Shown here: piece by piece, positions 43,672 through 54,063 of the stretch
Layout: every line of letters starts with the position of its first letter
Position numbering within the stretch: position 1 is the stretch's first letter
Assembly (NCBI GenBank): GCA_041661505.1
Contig: JBAZUF010000006.1
Location: forward strand, 311 to 64,310
Reading direction: 5' to 3'
Length of the DNA: 64,000 nt
Source of the DNA: Patescibacteria group bacterium
GTDB lineage: Bacteria > Patescibacteriota > Patescibacteriia > Patescibacteriales > JBAZCA01
The notes under the pieces: generated by a model
What the model was told of the DNA's origin: nothing
Database searches by the model: none
What the model saw: only the letters and a program-made list of their open reading frames with translations
Position numbers and translations under genes: made by a program

Positions 43672-44373
43672 TCAGGCAAGGCCATGCTTATTCTTAATGA
43701 TTATCATGGCTTTTTTGTATTTCTTGACCGCGGGCAAAAACGGAAAGAGGCGGTAAGCAAAGCCGGGAAGCCAGTCGCTCATAGTGCCGCCGGGGCGGAC
43801 CCGGTAAAGCGGCCGTCCAATCCAAACGCCGATTTTTCCGCCTTTGGTTATAGTAAGCCATAAATCCCAGTCCTGAAATTTTTTTAAAGACTCGTCAAAG
43901 CCGGGAAAACATTCGCGGCGCATCAAACTCATCATATTGATATAAGGAAATTCTTCCAGCTTCTCCCTGTCAAAAGGAAAAAGCTTAAATAACTTTCTTC
44001 CCCACCAAAAGGATGAATAAGCAAAGCTGGCCTTTGGATTCGAATTTAAGGCGTTTAGCATGGATGACAAGGCTTCCTGGCTTAAAACAACGTCTGCGTC
44101 GCAGAAGAACAGGTATTCCCCTTTTGAAGAGCGAAAGCCGGTATTTCTTGCCGCCGGCGCTCCTTTATTCATATCGTGGTTTAACAAGCGAAAACTAATG
44201 TCTTTTTCGCCGAATTTTTTTTTGTAGCTCTCGGCAACGGCCCGCGACTGGTCGCTGGAGCCGTCGTCAACGATAATTACCTCCAGCTCCGGAATGGTTT
44301 GGATTAAGATGCTTTCCAGGCAGGATGGAAGGTTCTTCGCCTGGTTATATAAAGGAATTATTACGCTTATCAT
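43672..44373 (-). CDS. family 2 glycosyltransferase
   Basis: Motifs ISVIIPLYNQ, VIIVDDGSSD and FCDADV (DxD). Confidence 0.85.
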   Translation of the reverse strand: MISVIIPLYNQAKNLPSCLESILIQTIPELEVIIVDDGSSDQSRAVAESYKKKFGEKDISFRLLNHDMNKGAPAARNTGFRSSKGEYLFFCDADVVLSQEALSSMLNALNSNPKASFAYSSFWWGRKLFKLFPFDREKLEEFPYINMMSLMRRECFPGFDESLKKFQDWDLWLTITKGGKIGVWIGRPLYRVRPGGTMSDWLPGFAYRLFPFLPAVKKYKKAMIIIKNKHGLA

Positions 44374-44423
44374 GAAGTTGGCTTACTGCCGGCCGCTTCG
44401 CACCGAAACAGCTGGGAAAAAAA

Positions 44424-44456
44424 TTCCCCCCGCGAAGATTAGCGGGAGGAATTTTT
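44424..44456. terminator. strong bidirectional intrinsic terminator
   Basis: TTCCCCCCGC (44424-44433) pairs with GCGGGAGGAA (44442-44451), between an A7 run and a T5 run. Confidence 0.85.
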
Positions 44457-44463
44457 ATGGAAG

Positions 44464-44745
44464 TTATAAAACTGCTTCTTTGGCGGCTTTGGCGACTCTG
44501 AATTTAACTACGGTTTTAGCCGGAATGTTAATTGATTCGCCGGTGGCTGGGTTTCTGCCAACCCGGGCGGCTCTTTTAACTTTTACCAGCTTTCCGATGC
44601 CCGGAACGACGAATTCACCGCTTTTTTTTACTTCGCCGTAGGCTAATTCAGTCAGCTTGTCCAAAAAATTGCCGACATCCTTTTTTGACATTCCAGTTTG
44701 GTTTGCCAAAGCCTCCAGAATTTGAGACTTAGTCATCTTTGCCAT
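44464..44745 (-). CDS. hup: HU-family DNA-binding protein
   Basis: GFGKF-type arm region VPGIGKLVKVKRAARVGRNPATGESINIPA. Confidence 0.95.
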   Translation of the reverse strand: MAKMTKSQILEALANQTGMSKKDVGNFLDKLTELAYGEVKKSGEFVVPGIGKLVKVKRAARVGRNPATGESINIPAKTVVKFRVAKAAKEAVL

Positions 44746-44878
44746 AATGGTCTAATGGCTTCGCAGCAGATTCTTTAGGCATTCCTGGGTAAAAATATGC
44801 TTAAAGAAGTTTGGCTGGCTTAGCCATTTAATATTAATATTTAATTTTTAGCCAGGAACAATACGCTAAACTACTATC

Positions 44879-44907
44879 ATTATACACTATAATCGAATAA
44901 ATGTGAA
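44879..44907 (-). promoter_or_regulatory. putative hup promoter (TTCACA - 17 nt - TATAAT) giving a roughly 125-nt leader
   Basis: The minus strand reads TTCACA (44907-44902) and TATAAT (44884-44879). Confidence 0.5.
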
Positions 44908-44956
44908 TATTAACAAGGGTTTTACAACTTTTTGCCGGAAACTGTCAAATTGAATT

Positions 44957-45030
44957 TGGCACGGGTGGAGGGAATCGAACCCCCAGTTCAGCTTTTGGAG
45001 AGCTGTGGTTTACCATTAACCGACACCCGC
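44957..45030 (-). tRNA. tRNA-Trp (anticodon CCA), CCA end encoded
   Basis: Hand-folded cloverleaf: D-stem GGTT/AACC, anticodon stem CAGCT/AGCTG with loop CTCCAAA, T-loop TTCGATT, G73-CCA. Confidence 0.9.
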
Positions 45031-45102
45031 ATACTGATCGTTTAGAATAGCGATAAGCCCAGCCTAAATATTGGCGATTATCCGTTTTAACGAGCGAAAG
45101 CC

Positions 45103-46137
45103 TTATTTTTCGAGTATGCTCTCGTATTCAATCTCGTAGATATGCAAAATTGTTACCGCCAGGGAAATTATCAAAGGTCCGAAAATTATGCCCCAAAATC
45201 CGAAAAAAGCCACGCCTCCCAGGATTGAAAAAATTATGAACAAAGGGTGAACCTGGGCTTTTTCCTTTATAATATAGGCTCTGATTACATTGTCAATGAT
45301 GCTAATGCCGCCGGTTCCCCAGGCGATCATAAATATGCCCTGCCAGATTTTACCGGCTAAGAGGAGATAAACCGCGGCCGGAAACCAGACTAATCCGGCG
45401 CCGACGTACGGCACTAACGAAAAAACGCTGGTTAAGATGCCGCCTAAGAAAGCCGGCAAGCCGACTACCCAAAATCCCAGGCCGGCAAAAAAGCCTTGCG
45501 CCGCCGCGTTTAGAATCGTGGATAAAACGGCTGATTGGCTTACATCTTTAAATTTGCGGAAAATCTTTTGGTCGTATTTATTGGGAAGCGGCGTCCAGCG
45601 CATTATCCTTTTTAGCATATTTTCCCCGTCGATCAGGAAAAAGAACATGCTTAGGATTATCAAAGCCAGGGAGAATATGAAGTTCGTCGTGCCGGCGATG
45701 AGAGACGTAGCGCCCGTAATCAGCCACTGATTGACCTTGCCTAAAGCGTCAAATAAATAGGTGCGCAGGTTGTTGTCTAGATTGACTCCCAGCTGGTGGA
45801 GATATCGGTTGTTAAGAAGCGGATCTAGGCCGTCGTGGCTGATAAAATTGGATATATTTCCGTAGGTTTCTATGAGCTTCTGGGCAGAATATATAATCAG
45901 GTTGGAAATAATCGCTACCGCGATAAGGATAACCGCGAGGCAGATAATTAGCGCGGCGGTTTTTTTTCTCCCTTTCAATAAAACCGAGAGTTTAATATAC
46001 AAAGGATGCAGTATGGTTGCCAGCACGCCGGCCACAATAATATCAGCTAGAAAAGGGCTAAACACCAGATAGCATAAATACAATATGCCGGCGAGCATTA
46101 AAAGCAAGAAAGCCCTGGGGATCATGGACTTGTCCAT
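45103..46137 (-). CDS. AI-2E family transporter (PerM/UPF0118)
   Basis: Roughly 8-TM profile. The N-terminal FSPFLADIIVAGVLATILHPLY pattern is typical of the family. Confidence 0.75.
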   Translation of the reverse strand: MDKSMIPRAFLLLMLAGILYLCYLVFSPFLADIIVAGVLATILHPLYIKLSVLLKGRKKTAALIICLAVILIAVAIISNLIIYSAQKLIETYGNISNFISHDGLDPLLNNRYLHQLGVNLDNNLRTYLFDALGKVNQWLITGATSLIAGTTNFIFSLALIILSMFFFLIDGENMLKRIMRWTPLPNKYDQKIFRKFKDVSQSAVLSTILNAAAQGFFAGLGFWVVGLPAFLGGILTSVFSLVPYVGAGLVWFPAAVYLLLAGKIWQGIFMIAWGTGGISIIDNVIRAYIIKEKAQVHPLFIIFSILGGVAFFGFWGIIFGPLIISLAVTILHIYEIEYESILEK

Positions 46138-46212
46138 ATGTTTTTAGGGGCGAGGCCTATAATTTAATTTAGCCGCTTCTATAAACCAACCCCTAATTAG
46201 CTAACCCTAAAA

Positions 46213-46368
46213 CTACTTAGTTTCTTTGTGAGGCGTGTGTTTGCCGCAATGCTTGCAGTGTTTTTTTATTTGGAGCCTTTCTTTCAGAATTTTTTTATTT
46301 TTGTGGGAAAAGTAATTGACTTGCTTGCAGGATGAGCATTCAAGTTTTATAAGATTATCTTGTGACAT
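46213..46368 (-). CDS. rpmG: 50S ribosomal protein L33 (Zn-ribbon form), 51 aa, not in the ORF track
   Basis: My translation: MSQDNLIKLECSSCKQVNYFSHKNKKILKERLQIKKHCKHCGKHTPHKETK. This is the classic L33 pattern. Confidence 0.9.
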   Translation of the reverse strand: MSQDNLIKLECSSCKQVNYFSHKNKKILKERLQIKKHCKHCGKHTPHKETK

Positions 46369-46407
46369 ATTGTTTCGCCCGTCCGGGCAGTATGTATTAC
46401 TGGTAAA

Positions 46408-47502
46408 TTATTCAGCGTTAACTTTATAGCCATTCGGTATTACTTCGACCCAAGTAGTACCAGCGTTAAACTCGATTTCTTCGCCGGCGGCGTTATAATA
46501 AAAGGTCCGCCCGCTCTTATTTTTTTTCTTCCATGACCCGTCGCCACATGAACCATCCAAGCAGATTTTGGCTTTTCCGCTCCCGATAGTTTCAATCTGC
46601 CTCCGCCCTTCTTCATCAATCACCCGCGACTGGACCGATTGGATTATGATATTTTTGGCCTTAATCGGCGTTCCGTCTTCCATAACATGGGCCAGCCCGC
46701 CTTCAAATCTACTGTAATCGTTCGTTATTTTATCATACTTCCACTGGACTGTAAAATCATTTCCCCGGTAAAATACCGTAATTGCCGAATCTTCCGGCCG
46801 AGCCAAAGGTTCCAGATCATCTTTATATTTCCAGGAAACGGCGCTTTCGTTCTTTTGGCTTATGTCGGCTTCACTTTTATCAAGATAGGCGCTTATAAGC
46901 CCGCTTGAACTATATACGTTATGCGGCGCCGGACGGGATTTTTCCCTCCAAAAGGCGGCGGTGTTATAAAATTCATTCAAGTCAAAAATATTTTCACGGG
47001 CAATTTTAGCTAGCGCGTCCGGACTGCCGCCGCAATGAATATAGAGGGCATGTAAATCGGCGCTCCAGTCAATGTAATACGGCCGGGCGCTCCTTATCGG
47101 CCCGATTTTCTTTATTTCATCGCCAGACGCGTAAATTGCCAAAAATCTCGTAATTCCGCCCTCGGCTTCGGCTTCATAAACCAAATTGGCTTTTGTCAAT
47201 CCGGACTGGGGCCGGGCGTCAACATGGTTTTCAATCATTATTGCCGCTGGAAATAAATTCTCCTTTCCTTTTTCGACCATCACCCCGTCGATCCAGCGCC
47301 GGGCCATTTCAACTTTCGGCTCGTTTTTTTCTCCGCTCCCGGCAATCGCCGCGCTGCCTTCCCGGCTTTTTTCCGAGCCGTCAATATAGCCGTGAAGATA
47401 ATATCCCAGCCAGGGAATAAGGCAGAATATAATAACTCCCAAAAAAATAAATATTCTTCGGCCGCCTAATACCGCTTTAACTTTATTTTTTAATTCCTCC
47501 AT
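46408..47502 (-). CDS. DUF3048-domain protein (YerB-like), membrane anchored
   Basis: PAAIMIENHVDARPQSGLTKANLVYEAEAEGGITRFLAIY. Confidence 0.75.
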   Translation of the reverse strand: MEELKNKVKAVLGGRRIFIFLGVIIFCLIPWLGYYLHGYIDGSEKSREGSAAIAGSGEKNEPKVEMARRWIDGVMVEKGKENLFPAAIMIENHVDARPQSGLTKANLVYEAEAEGGITRFLAIYASGDEIKKIGPIRSARPYYIDWSADLHALYIHCGGSPDALAKIARENIFDLNEFYNTAAFWREKSRPAPHNVYSSSGLISAYLDKSEADISQKNESAVSWKYKDDLEPLARPEDSAITVFYRGNDFTVQWKYDKITNDYSRFEGGLAHVMEDGTPIKAKNIIIQSVQSRVIDEEGRRQIETIGSGKAKICLDGSCGDGSWKKKNKSGRTFYYNAAGEEIEFNAGTTWVEVIPNGYKVNAE

Positions 47503-47512
47503 TAATCTTAAA

Positions 47513-48184
47513 TTATTTTTCGGTTTTTTCCTTTTCCGCCGCGCCTTCTGCCCCTTCCTTTTCTTCTTTGCCTTTTCCGATTACTTCAACATCTTCCGGC
47601 TTAACTGCCGCTACCGGCTCTTCTTCGGCTTTAGGCTCGACAACTGAAACGATGATGTTTTCCCCGTCAGCCAAAGCCGTAACGCCTTTAGGCAGTACCA
47701 AGTCTTTTACTTTCAAGGAATCATCAAAATTGGAAAGCGGGCTGATGTCAACTTTTATTTCACTCACTAAATCTTCCGGCAAGCATTCGACTTCAATGTT
47801 GTCCGCGTGCTTAATCAGAGCGGCGCCCAGCTCTCTTATCGCTTTGGATTCGCCGATGAATTCCAGCGGAATTTCGGTAGTTACTTTCTTTTTCATATCC
47901 ACCTGGAAGAAATCGATATGGTTAATCCGGTCGTGTATCGGCTCTTTTTGCACATCGTAAATAAGAACCTTCACCGGCGTCTTCTCGTCTACTTGAAGTT
48001 CGACCAGCGTGCTTTCTCCGGCTTTTTCATATACTTTTTCGAATTCCCCTTTTTTTACTTTGAGGCTTAAACCGGTAATATTGCTCCCATAAAGGACGGC
48101 CGGCAAGTAGCCTTTGGCCCGGAGCAGTTTAGCCTTCCCGTTGTTTTCTTCTCTCGTGTAAGCTTTTAAATTGACTTTTTCCAT
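47513..48184 (-). CDS. rplY: 50S ribosomal protein L25/Ctc
   Basis: Motifs LRAKGYLPAVLYG and HIDFFQV, with an acidic C-terminal tail. Confidence 0.9.
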   Translation of the reverse strand: MEKVNLKAYTREENNGKAKLLRAKGYLPAVLYGSNITGLSLKVKKGEFEKVYEKAGESTLVELQVDEKTPVKVLIYDVQKEPIHDRINHIDFFQVDMKKKVTTEIPLEFIGESKAIRELGAALIKHADNIEVECLPEDLVSEIKVDISPLSNFDDSLKVKDLVLPKGVTALADGENIIVSVVEPKAEEEPVAAVKPEDVEVIGKGKEEKEGAEGAAEKEKTEK

Positions 48185-48289
48185 ATTTTTATTGGTTTTA
48201 CCGAATAAAATTTGCGCCTAAACGGCAAACTGAATCCTTTTTTAGTAAATATTGGATAAGATTTAAAAAAAGATATTTTGAAATACCTT

Positions 48290-49429
48290 TTAGTAATTAA
48301 TCTTACTGCGGATTATTATGCTTTCCATTATTCCTACTAATATTAGAGTGGAAACAAGCGCACTGCCGCCGTAGCTTACCAAAGGCAATGAAATGCCGAC
48401 TACCGGCAATAGCCCGACGTTCATACCTATATTAATAAACATTTCAATAAAAATCAAGCTTATGGCCCCTAAAATGAAAAAGGTGCTAAAATCCTCTTTA
48501 ACGCGGCGGAGGCTTTTTATAGCCCGGTGGAAAAATACCATAAAAAAGGCCAATACCAAAATAACCCCTAAAAAGCCCAATTCTTCAGCAATTACCGCGA
48601 AGATGAAGTCATTTTGGCTTTCCGGCAAGAACCTTAATTGCGACTGCGAACCAAAACCAATGCCCCGGCCGATAAGCTGGCCTGACCCGACCGCGATCAT
48701 GGCCTGGGTAACATTATACCCTTGATCAAGCGGGCTTGACTTAGGGTTGGCAAAAGTCATAATCCTTTCTTTCTGGTAGGGCTTTAGGTAAAAAAGCCAG
48801 CCCGCCCCGCCCAAAAGCAGTCCGGCCAGGATCAAGATAGCTAAATATTTTTTGCTGAAACCGGCCATAACGATGATGGCGAGCCATAAAAGGACCAAAA
48901 CCATCGCCGAACCAAAATCCGGCTGGGCCATTACCAGGCCGGCCAAAATTGCTAAAAAAAACAAGGGCAGTAAAAAGTGCTTTAGGGTATTGAAGCGGAA
49001 ATTGGCCCGGGAATAATAATAAGAGAAAAAGAGTATTAATATGATTTTAATAAGCTCGACCGGCTGAAAGCTAAAACCGAAAATATTAAACCAGCCTTTG
49101 GTTCCCCTGATAGTTGAACCGAAAAATAAGACCGCCACCAAAAGAATAACTCCTAAAACATAAAAGTAAACGCTGGTTTCGCGAAGGTCGTTAAAATCAA
49201 GAAAAGCAAAAACAAAAAGCAAAACCAGTCCGATTCCGGCGAACAAGAGCTGTTTTTTAAAGTTGGCCAAGCTCTGGTCGCCTTGGGAAAGGGATACGCT
49301 GTAAATCTCTACCAGGCCGTATATGACCAATAAAAAAACTGAACTAAATAAAATCCAGTCGAAATTTTTTAAATATAATAAAACTTTCCTCATCAAGTTA
49401 ATAGTTCCCGTTCCTGGTATTGATTTCAT
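48290..49429 (-). CDS. rodA: SEDS-family protein (RodA/FtsW-like), second copy in the window
   Basis: Motifs SFQPVELIKI, QPDFGSA and SLPLVSYGGSA. Confidence 0.85.
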   Translation of the reverse strand: MKSIPGTGTINLMRKVLLYLKNFDWILFSSVFLLVIYGLVEIYSVSLSQGDQSLANFKKQLLFAGIGLVLLFVFAFLDFNDLRETSVYFYVLGVILLVAVLFFGSTIRGTKGWFNIFGFSFQPVELIKIILILFFSYYYSRANFRFNTLKHFLLPLFFLAILAGLVMAQPDFGSAMVLVLLWLAIIVMAGFSKKYLAILILAGLLLGGAGWLFYLKPYQKERIMTFANPKSSPLDQGYNVTQAMIAVGSGQLIGRGIGFGSQSQLRFLPESQNDFIFAVIAEELGFLGVILVLAFFMVFFHRAIKSLRRVKEDFSTFFILGAISLIFIEMFINIGMNVGLLPVVGISLPLVSYGGSALVSTLILVGIMESIIIRSKINY

Positions 49430-50399
49430 CCTTTTGCCCGCCGGCTCCCGTTGTCCCTACAAAATCCATGTAGTTTTTCTTGTCCATTATATTCACTTCC
49501 GGGATAACTTTGACTTCCGAGGCATACGATACCGAGCTGGGCCAGCTTAGGCTGATATTGTAGCTTTTTCCGGACATAAAATTTTCCAAGCCGTATTTAG
49601 AGGCGCTCACTGCCTGCCCCCCTTGATACAAAAGGACCAGGAAGTCGGCCCGCCAATAATTATACGCCGAACTGTTCAAGACTTCAAAGTCAACCTTATT
49701 TAAGCTCTCTTTATCTGACAAAACAGTCTTCCCTTCGGAATTCAATTTAATGCCTGTTATTTTAAAATTGAGGTGCTCTTCCGAAAATTTATTCCAATCA
49801 GGGATTTCTTTAGATTTGATCGGATGCCAATTAAGCGTTTTAATCCGGATCGCCGCGTCAGCCGGAAAGGAGCCGAATTCCTGCGACATTGAGATTAAAA
49901 TTTTCTTTTCACTCGGATAAATGAAGCTTTTTTCAACCGGCGTCTCCACTCCGCTTCCCGCGAAAGCGAACTCCAGTTCGGCCCAGTGCCGGGGATTAGG
50001 ATTCTCGGCCACGGCGATAAAATCATAGCTTCCGGCCGTGCCGTTATTTATAACCTGTACATTGCCCATTTTTAACTCCAAAGGCTGGGTGTTTTTAAAA
50101 TAATCGTGGCTGGCGACATTAATCCTTGTCAAATCATCGACAAGTTTCTGATCCTCAATCATGCCGACGAAAATGTAATGCAAAAACCCATAAAAGAAAA
50201 TCCCCCAGCCGATAACGGAAATTAACACCAAAAAAGCAATAAAAAGTTTTTTTAGCTGTTTTAGATGTTCGATATACCAAAACCCGAAATTAAGCTTTTT
50301 TTCTGTCAAACCCGTAGAATCTTCGAAGACCGGAGGTTTGGCTGCCACTGGTTTTACCACCTCAACTTTTTCCTTTTTTATATATCTTGCCATAACCAT
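49398..50399 (-). CDS. hypothetical membrane-anchored protein (333 aa)
   Basis: ORF with one TM segment (FIAFLVLISVIGWGIFFYGFL). Confidence 0.45.
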   Translation of the reverse strand: MVMARYIKKEKVEVVKPVAAKPPVFEDSTGLTEKKLNFGFWYIEHLKQLKKLFIAFLVLISVIGWGIFFYGFLHYIFVGMIEDQKLVDDLTRINVASHDYFKNTQPLELKMGNVQVINNGTAGSYDFIAVAENPNPRHWAELEFAFAGSGVETPVEKSFIYPSEKKILISMSQEFGSFPADAAIRIKTLNWHPIKSKEIPDWNKFSEEHLNFKITGIKLNSEGKTVLSDKESLNKVDFEVLNSSAYNYWRADFLVLLYQGGQAVSASKYGLENFMSGKSYNISLSWPSSVSYASEVKVIPEVNIMDKKNYMDFVGTTGAGGQKDEINTRNGNY

Positions 50400-50505
50400 A
50401 TTTTAGCATAATTAAGGAGTTAGTGGCAATTTTTTACCTATCAACTAGACTGAATATTGATGAATGTGCAGATATTGCCCTGGTAAAATACACGGCCTGT
50501 AAGAC

Positions 50506-50534
50506 TTGCGTTTGGGGCTTAAATTTGATAAAAT
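50506..50534 (+). promoter_or_regulatory. putative gyrB promoter (TTGCGT - 17 nt - TGaTAAAAT)
   Basis: Hexamers at 50506-50511 and 50529-50534, with TG at 50526-50527. Confidence 0.5.
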
Positions 50535-50603
50535 GCAAGTAGAATAATTACCCTGATTTCGGGTTGTTTTTAATTAAAAATACTTCTAATATAAAGGTTT
50601 ATT

Positions 50604-52637
50604 ATGGCTAAAGACAAAACAAAAGCTAATGTTTATGACGCCAGTTCCATTACCGTTTTAGAAGGACTGGAGCCGGTAAGAAAACGGCCGGGAATGTATA
50701 TCGGATCAACCGGTACGACCGGCCTGCACCATCTGATTTGGGAAGTGGTGGATAACGGAATCGACGAAGCTATGGCCGGCCATGCCAATGAAATTGTCGT
50801 TACCTTAACGGCTGACGGCATGGTTTCGGTTTACGATAACGGGCGCGGCATCCCGGTTGGCATCCATAAAGTTACGGGCGTATCGGCCTTGGAAACCGTC
50901 CTTACCAAATTACACGCCGGAGGAAAATTCGGCGGCGGCGGCTATAAAGTTTCCGGCGGCCTGCACGGCGTCGGCGTCTCGGTCGTTAACGCTTTGAGCG
51001 AATACTTAAAAGCTGAAGTTTTCCAAAACGGAAAAATTTGGATGCAGGAATATAAAAGAGGCAAACCCTTAAAAAAAGTAAAACCCTCGGGAACTACAAA
51101 AAAAACCGGCACCCAGATTACTTTTAAGCCGGACGCGGAAATATTTACCGAAACGACTGAATTCAGCTGGGGCACGGTGATCGACCATTTTCGCCAGCAG
51201 GCCTACTTAAATCGCGGCGTAACTATTAAAATTTTTGACAAGAGAAAAAATCACCGTCCCAAAGCCTATGTTTACTATTTTGAAGGCGGCATCAAAGCTT
51301 ATATTAACTCTTTAAACCGCTCGAAAAATGTCAAAAACGAAACGATTTTTTACGTGGAAAAGCCGATTAATTCTTCGCTCGTGGAAATCGCTTTGCAATA
51401 TAACGACGAATACAATGAAACGGTTTTGGCTTTTGCCAATAACATCTACAATCCCGAAGGCGGAACGCATATGGCCGGATTCCGGGCGGCCTTAACCCGC
51501 ACCCTGAATAATTACGCCCGAACCCAGAACATGTTAAAGGAAAAAGATGAAAACCTTACCGGCGAGGATGTCCGTGAAGGCTTAACGGCGATTATCAGCG
51601 TAAAGCTTACTGATCCCCAGTTTGAAGGCCAGACTAAAGGAAAACTAGGCAACGCGGAAATGAAAGGCTACGTGGAAACAGTCTTTAGCGAAGCCTTTGC
51701 CTCATTCTTAGAAGAGCATCCGCGCGAAGCCGAAGCGATTGTCGGCAAATGCATCCTGTCGGCCCAGGCCCGGATTGCCGCCCGAACGGCCCGCGCCAGT
51801 ATTTTAAGAAAGGGCGCTTTGGAAGGAATTACCCTGCCCGGAAAACTGGCTGACTGCGCGTCGAGAAAAGCCGAAGAAACAGAATTATTCATAGTCGAGG
51901 GCGATTCGGCCGGCGGCTCGGCTAAACAAGGCCGCGACCGAAAATTCCAGGCTATCCTTCCTCTGCGAGGAAAAATTTTGAATGTCGAACGCGCGAGATT
52001 AGATAAGATGCTCGCTAATAATGAAATCAAGAACCTGGTAATCGCCATGGGCACCAATATCCAGGAACAGTTTGATATAGAAAAACTCCGCTACGGCCGG
52101 ATTATTATTATGACTGACGCCGACGTTGACGGCGCCCATATCCGCACTTTGCTTCTCACGTTGTTCTACCGCCACTTCCCGGATTTGGTCACCCGCGGCC
52201 ATATCTTTATCGCCCAGCCGCCCTTATACCAGATTAAAAAAGGCACAACCGCCAAGTACGCTTTTTCCGATGATGAAAAAATGAAAATTATAAAAGAAAT
52301 GGGCGGAGGCGAAGTCGCTGAAATCGAACAAGGGGCGGAAGAAATCTCGCAGGATGAAACCGGGGTATCCGAAGAAGAGGTGGCAGAAGCGGCTGCCGCA
52401 AAGGCCAAAGCCCCGGCAAAAATCAATATCCAGCGCTATAAAGGTCTAGGAGAAATGAACCCGAACCAGCTTTGGGAAACTACTATGGATCCCAAAAGCC
52501 GTGTAATGCGCCAGGTAAATATCGAAGACGCGGTGCGCGCCGACGAAACTTTTGATATGCTGATGGGCGGCGACGTCGCGCCCCGGAAACACTTTATCCA
52601 GACCCACGCGAAGAAGGTGGAGAATTTGGATATCTAA
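50604..52637 (+). CDS. gyrB: DNA gyrase subunit B
   Basis: Motifs YDASSITVLEGLEPVRKRPGMYIG, EVVDNGIDEA, EGDSAGGSAKQGRDR and MTDADVDGAHI. Confidence 0.97.
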   Translation: MAKDKTKANVYDASSITVLEGLEPVRKRPGMYIGSTGTTGLHHLIWEVVDNGIDEAMAGHANEIVVTLTADGMVSVYDNGRGIPVGIHKVTGVSALETVLTKLHAGGKFGGGGYKVSGGLHGVGVSVVNALSEYLKAEVFQNGKIWMQEYKRGKPLKKVKPSGTTKKTGTQITFKPDAEIFTETTEFSWGTVIDHFRQQAYLNRGVTIKIFDKRKNHRPKAYVYYFEGGIKAYINSLNRSKNVKNETIFYVEKPINSSLVEIALQYNDEYNETVLAFANNIYNPEGGTHMAGFRAALTRTLNNYARTQNMLKEKDENLTGEDVREGLTAIISVKLTDPQFEGQTKGKLGNAEMKGYVETVFSEAFASFLEEHPREAEAIVGKCILSAQARIAARTARASILRKGALEGITLPGKLADCASRKAEETELFIVEGDSAGGSAKQGRDRKFQAILPLRGKILNVERARLDKMLANNEIKNLVIAMGTNIQEQFDIEKLRYGRIIIMTDADVDGAHIRTLLLTLFYRHFPDLVTRGHIFIAQPPLYQIKKGTTAKYAFSDDEKMKIIKEMGGGEVAEIEQGAEEISQDETGVSEEEVAEAAAAKAKAPAKINIQRYKGLGEMNPNQLWETTMDPKSRVMRQVNIEDAVRADETFDMLMGGDVAPRKHFIQTHAKKVENLDI

Positions 52638-52663
52638 CACTTATTAAAGTCCTATATAAAATC

Positions 52664-52697
52664 GCGGCGAAGTCTATTTGGATTTCCGCCGCTTTTT
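52664..52697. terminator. intrinsic terminator between convergent gyrB and gdh
   Basis: GCGGCG (52664-52669) pairs with CGCCGC (52687-52692), then TTTTT. Confidence 0.65.
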
Positions 52698-54000
52698 ATA
52701 TCCGGCCAAGGAGACGCAAAGCTTCTTCGAGCTTCTTTAAAACTTTAATATAAGCGGCGCATCGCAAATCAACTTTATACTCCTGCGATATTTTGTATAC
52801 ATCGTAAAAGGCCGTTTCCATTTTTTTCTTGACTTTCTCCAATACCTCCTCCTCTTCCCATCTCAACCCCGTAAGATTTTGAACCCATTCATAATAACTA
52901 CCGATTACCCCTCCGGCATTGGCGAGAATATCAGGAATAATAATAATATCTTTCGGCCTCAATTTTACTACCGCCTCGCGGGTTACCGGCCCATTGGCCA
53001 TTTCTAGAATTATCTTGGCTTTTACTTCGCCGGCGTTATCTTCGTGGATCTGATTTTCGATAGCCGCCGGAATAAGAATATCGACCGGCAGCTTCAATAG
53101 TTCTTCATTGCTAATAACACTGCACGATACTTCCAACTCCCCTAACTCGGCCGGATAGCAGGATTTTGACATAAGACGGCCTTTTTCCTTTCGGGTTTTA
53201 ATTATTTCTTCAACATCCAGGCCGCTGGCGTCATAAAGCGCGTTTTTCGCGTCCGAAACCGCGACAATTTTATATCCGCTCTCAAAAAGAATTTTCGCGA
53301 TATTACCTCCGACATTTCCAAATCCCTGGATGGCGATGGATATCTCCTTTTTTTCCTTTGCCTTGAATATCGGATTAAGTTCTAAAAACTTTTCCAAAAC
53401 CACTACTCCGCCAAAAGCGGTCGATATCTCCCGGCCATAACTCCCGCCTAGTATCAATGGCTTGCCGGTAAATGAAGCGAGCGACGAGAATCCCTTAATC
53501 TTACTGTATTGGTCATACATCCAGGCCATGATTTGGGGATTGGTATTTACGTCCGGCGCCGGGACGTCTTTTTGCGGGCCGATATAGTAGTAAATCTCAT
53601 CGACATATGCGCGCGATAATTTTTCTAATTCGCCAAAACTTAATTTTTGCGGCTCGACTCTAATTCCTCCTTTGGCGCCGCCGTAAGGCAGATCCATGGC
53701 CGCGTTTTTTAAAGTCATAAGCATGGACAGGGCTTTAACCTCATCCAAATCAACCTTTGGGTGGAAGCGGATGCCGCCCTTAAAAGGACCGAGGGCGTCG
53801 TTATGCTGGATTCGGAAGCCTTGGAAAATTTCCACTTCGCCTGTATCCTTTTTTAGCGGGATGGAAAACTCGATAATCCGCTGGGGCGATTCGAATATTT
53901 CCAAAACCTTGGGCGGAATATTAATTAATTTTCCGGCTTCCTTAACCTGCTCTAAAACTGATGATAAAAATTGGTTCATATTGATAAATATTATTGGCAT
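52696..54000 (-). CDS. gdhA: Glu/Leu/Phe/Val dehydrogenase (glutamate dehydrogenase-like)
   Basis: Motifs PYGGAKGGIRV and IQGFGNVGG (Rossmann). Confidence 0.9.
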   Translation of the reverse strand: MPIIFINMNQFLSSVLEQVKEAGKLINIPPKVLEIFESPQRIIEFSIPLKKDTGEVEIFQGFRIQHNDALGPFKGGIRFHPKVDLDEVKALSMLMTLKNAAMDLPYGGAKGGIRVEPQKLSFGELEKLSRAYVDEIYYYIGPQKDVPAPDVNTNPQIMAWMYDQYSKIKGFSSLASFTGKPLILGGSYGREISTAFGGVVVLEKFLELNPIFKAKEKKEISIAIQGFGNVGGNIAKILFESGYKIVAVSDAKNALYDASGLDVEEIIKTRKEKGRLMSKSCYPAELGELEVSCSVISNEELLKLPVDILIPAAIENQIHEDNAGEVKAKIILEMANGPVTREAVVKLRPKDIIIIPDILANAGGVIGSYYEWVQNLTGLRWEEEEVLEKVKKKMETAFYDVYKISQEYKVDLRCAAYIKVLKKLEEALRLLGRI

Positions 54001-54063
54001 CTGGCGAGTTTAACATTATAACGGTTTCATTAATTTAGAATTAACTTACTAAAAAACCAGCCC

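Noticed and set aside
43669-43674. Abutting stop codons of convergent genes (43671/43672) as a possible regulatory overlap
   Set aside because: This is simply tight packing. No hairpin or conserved element is present, so there is nothing to test.
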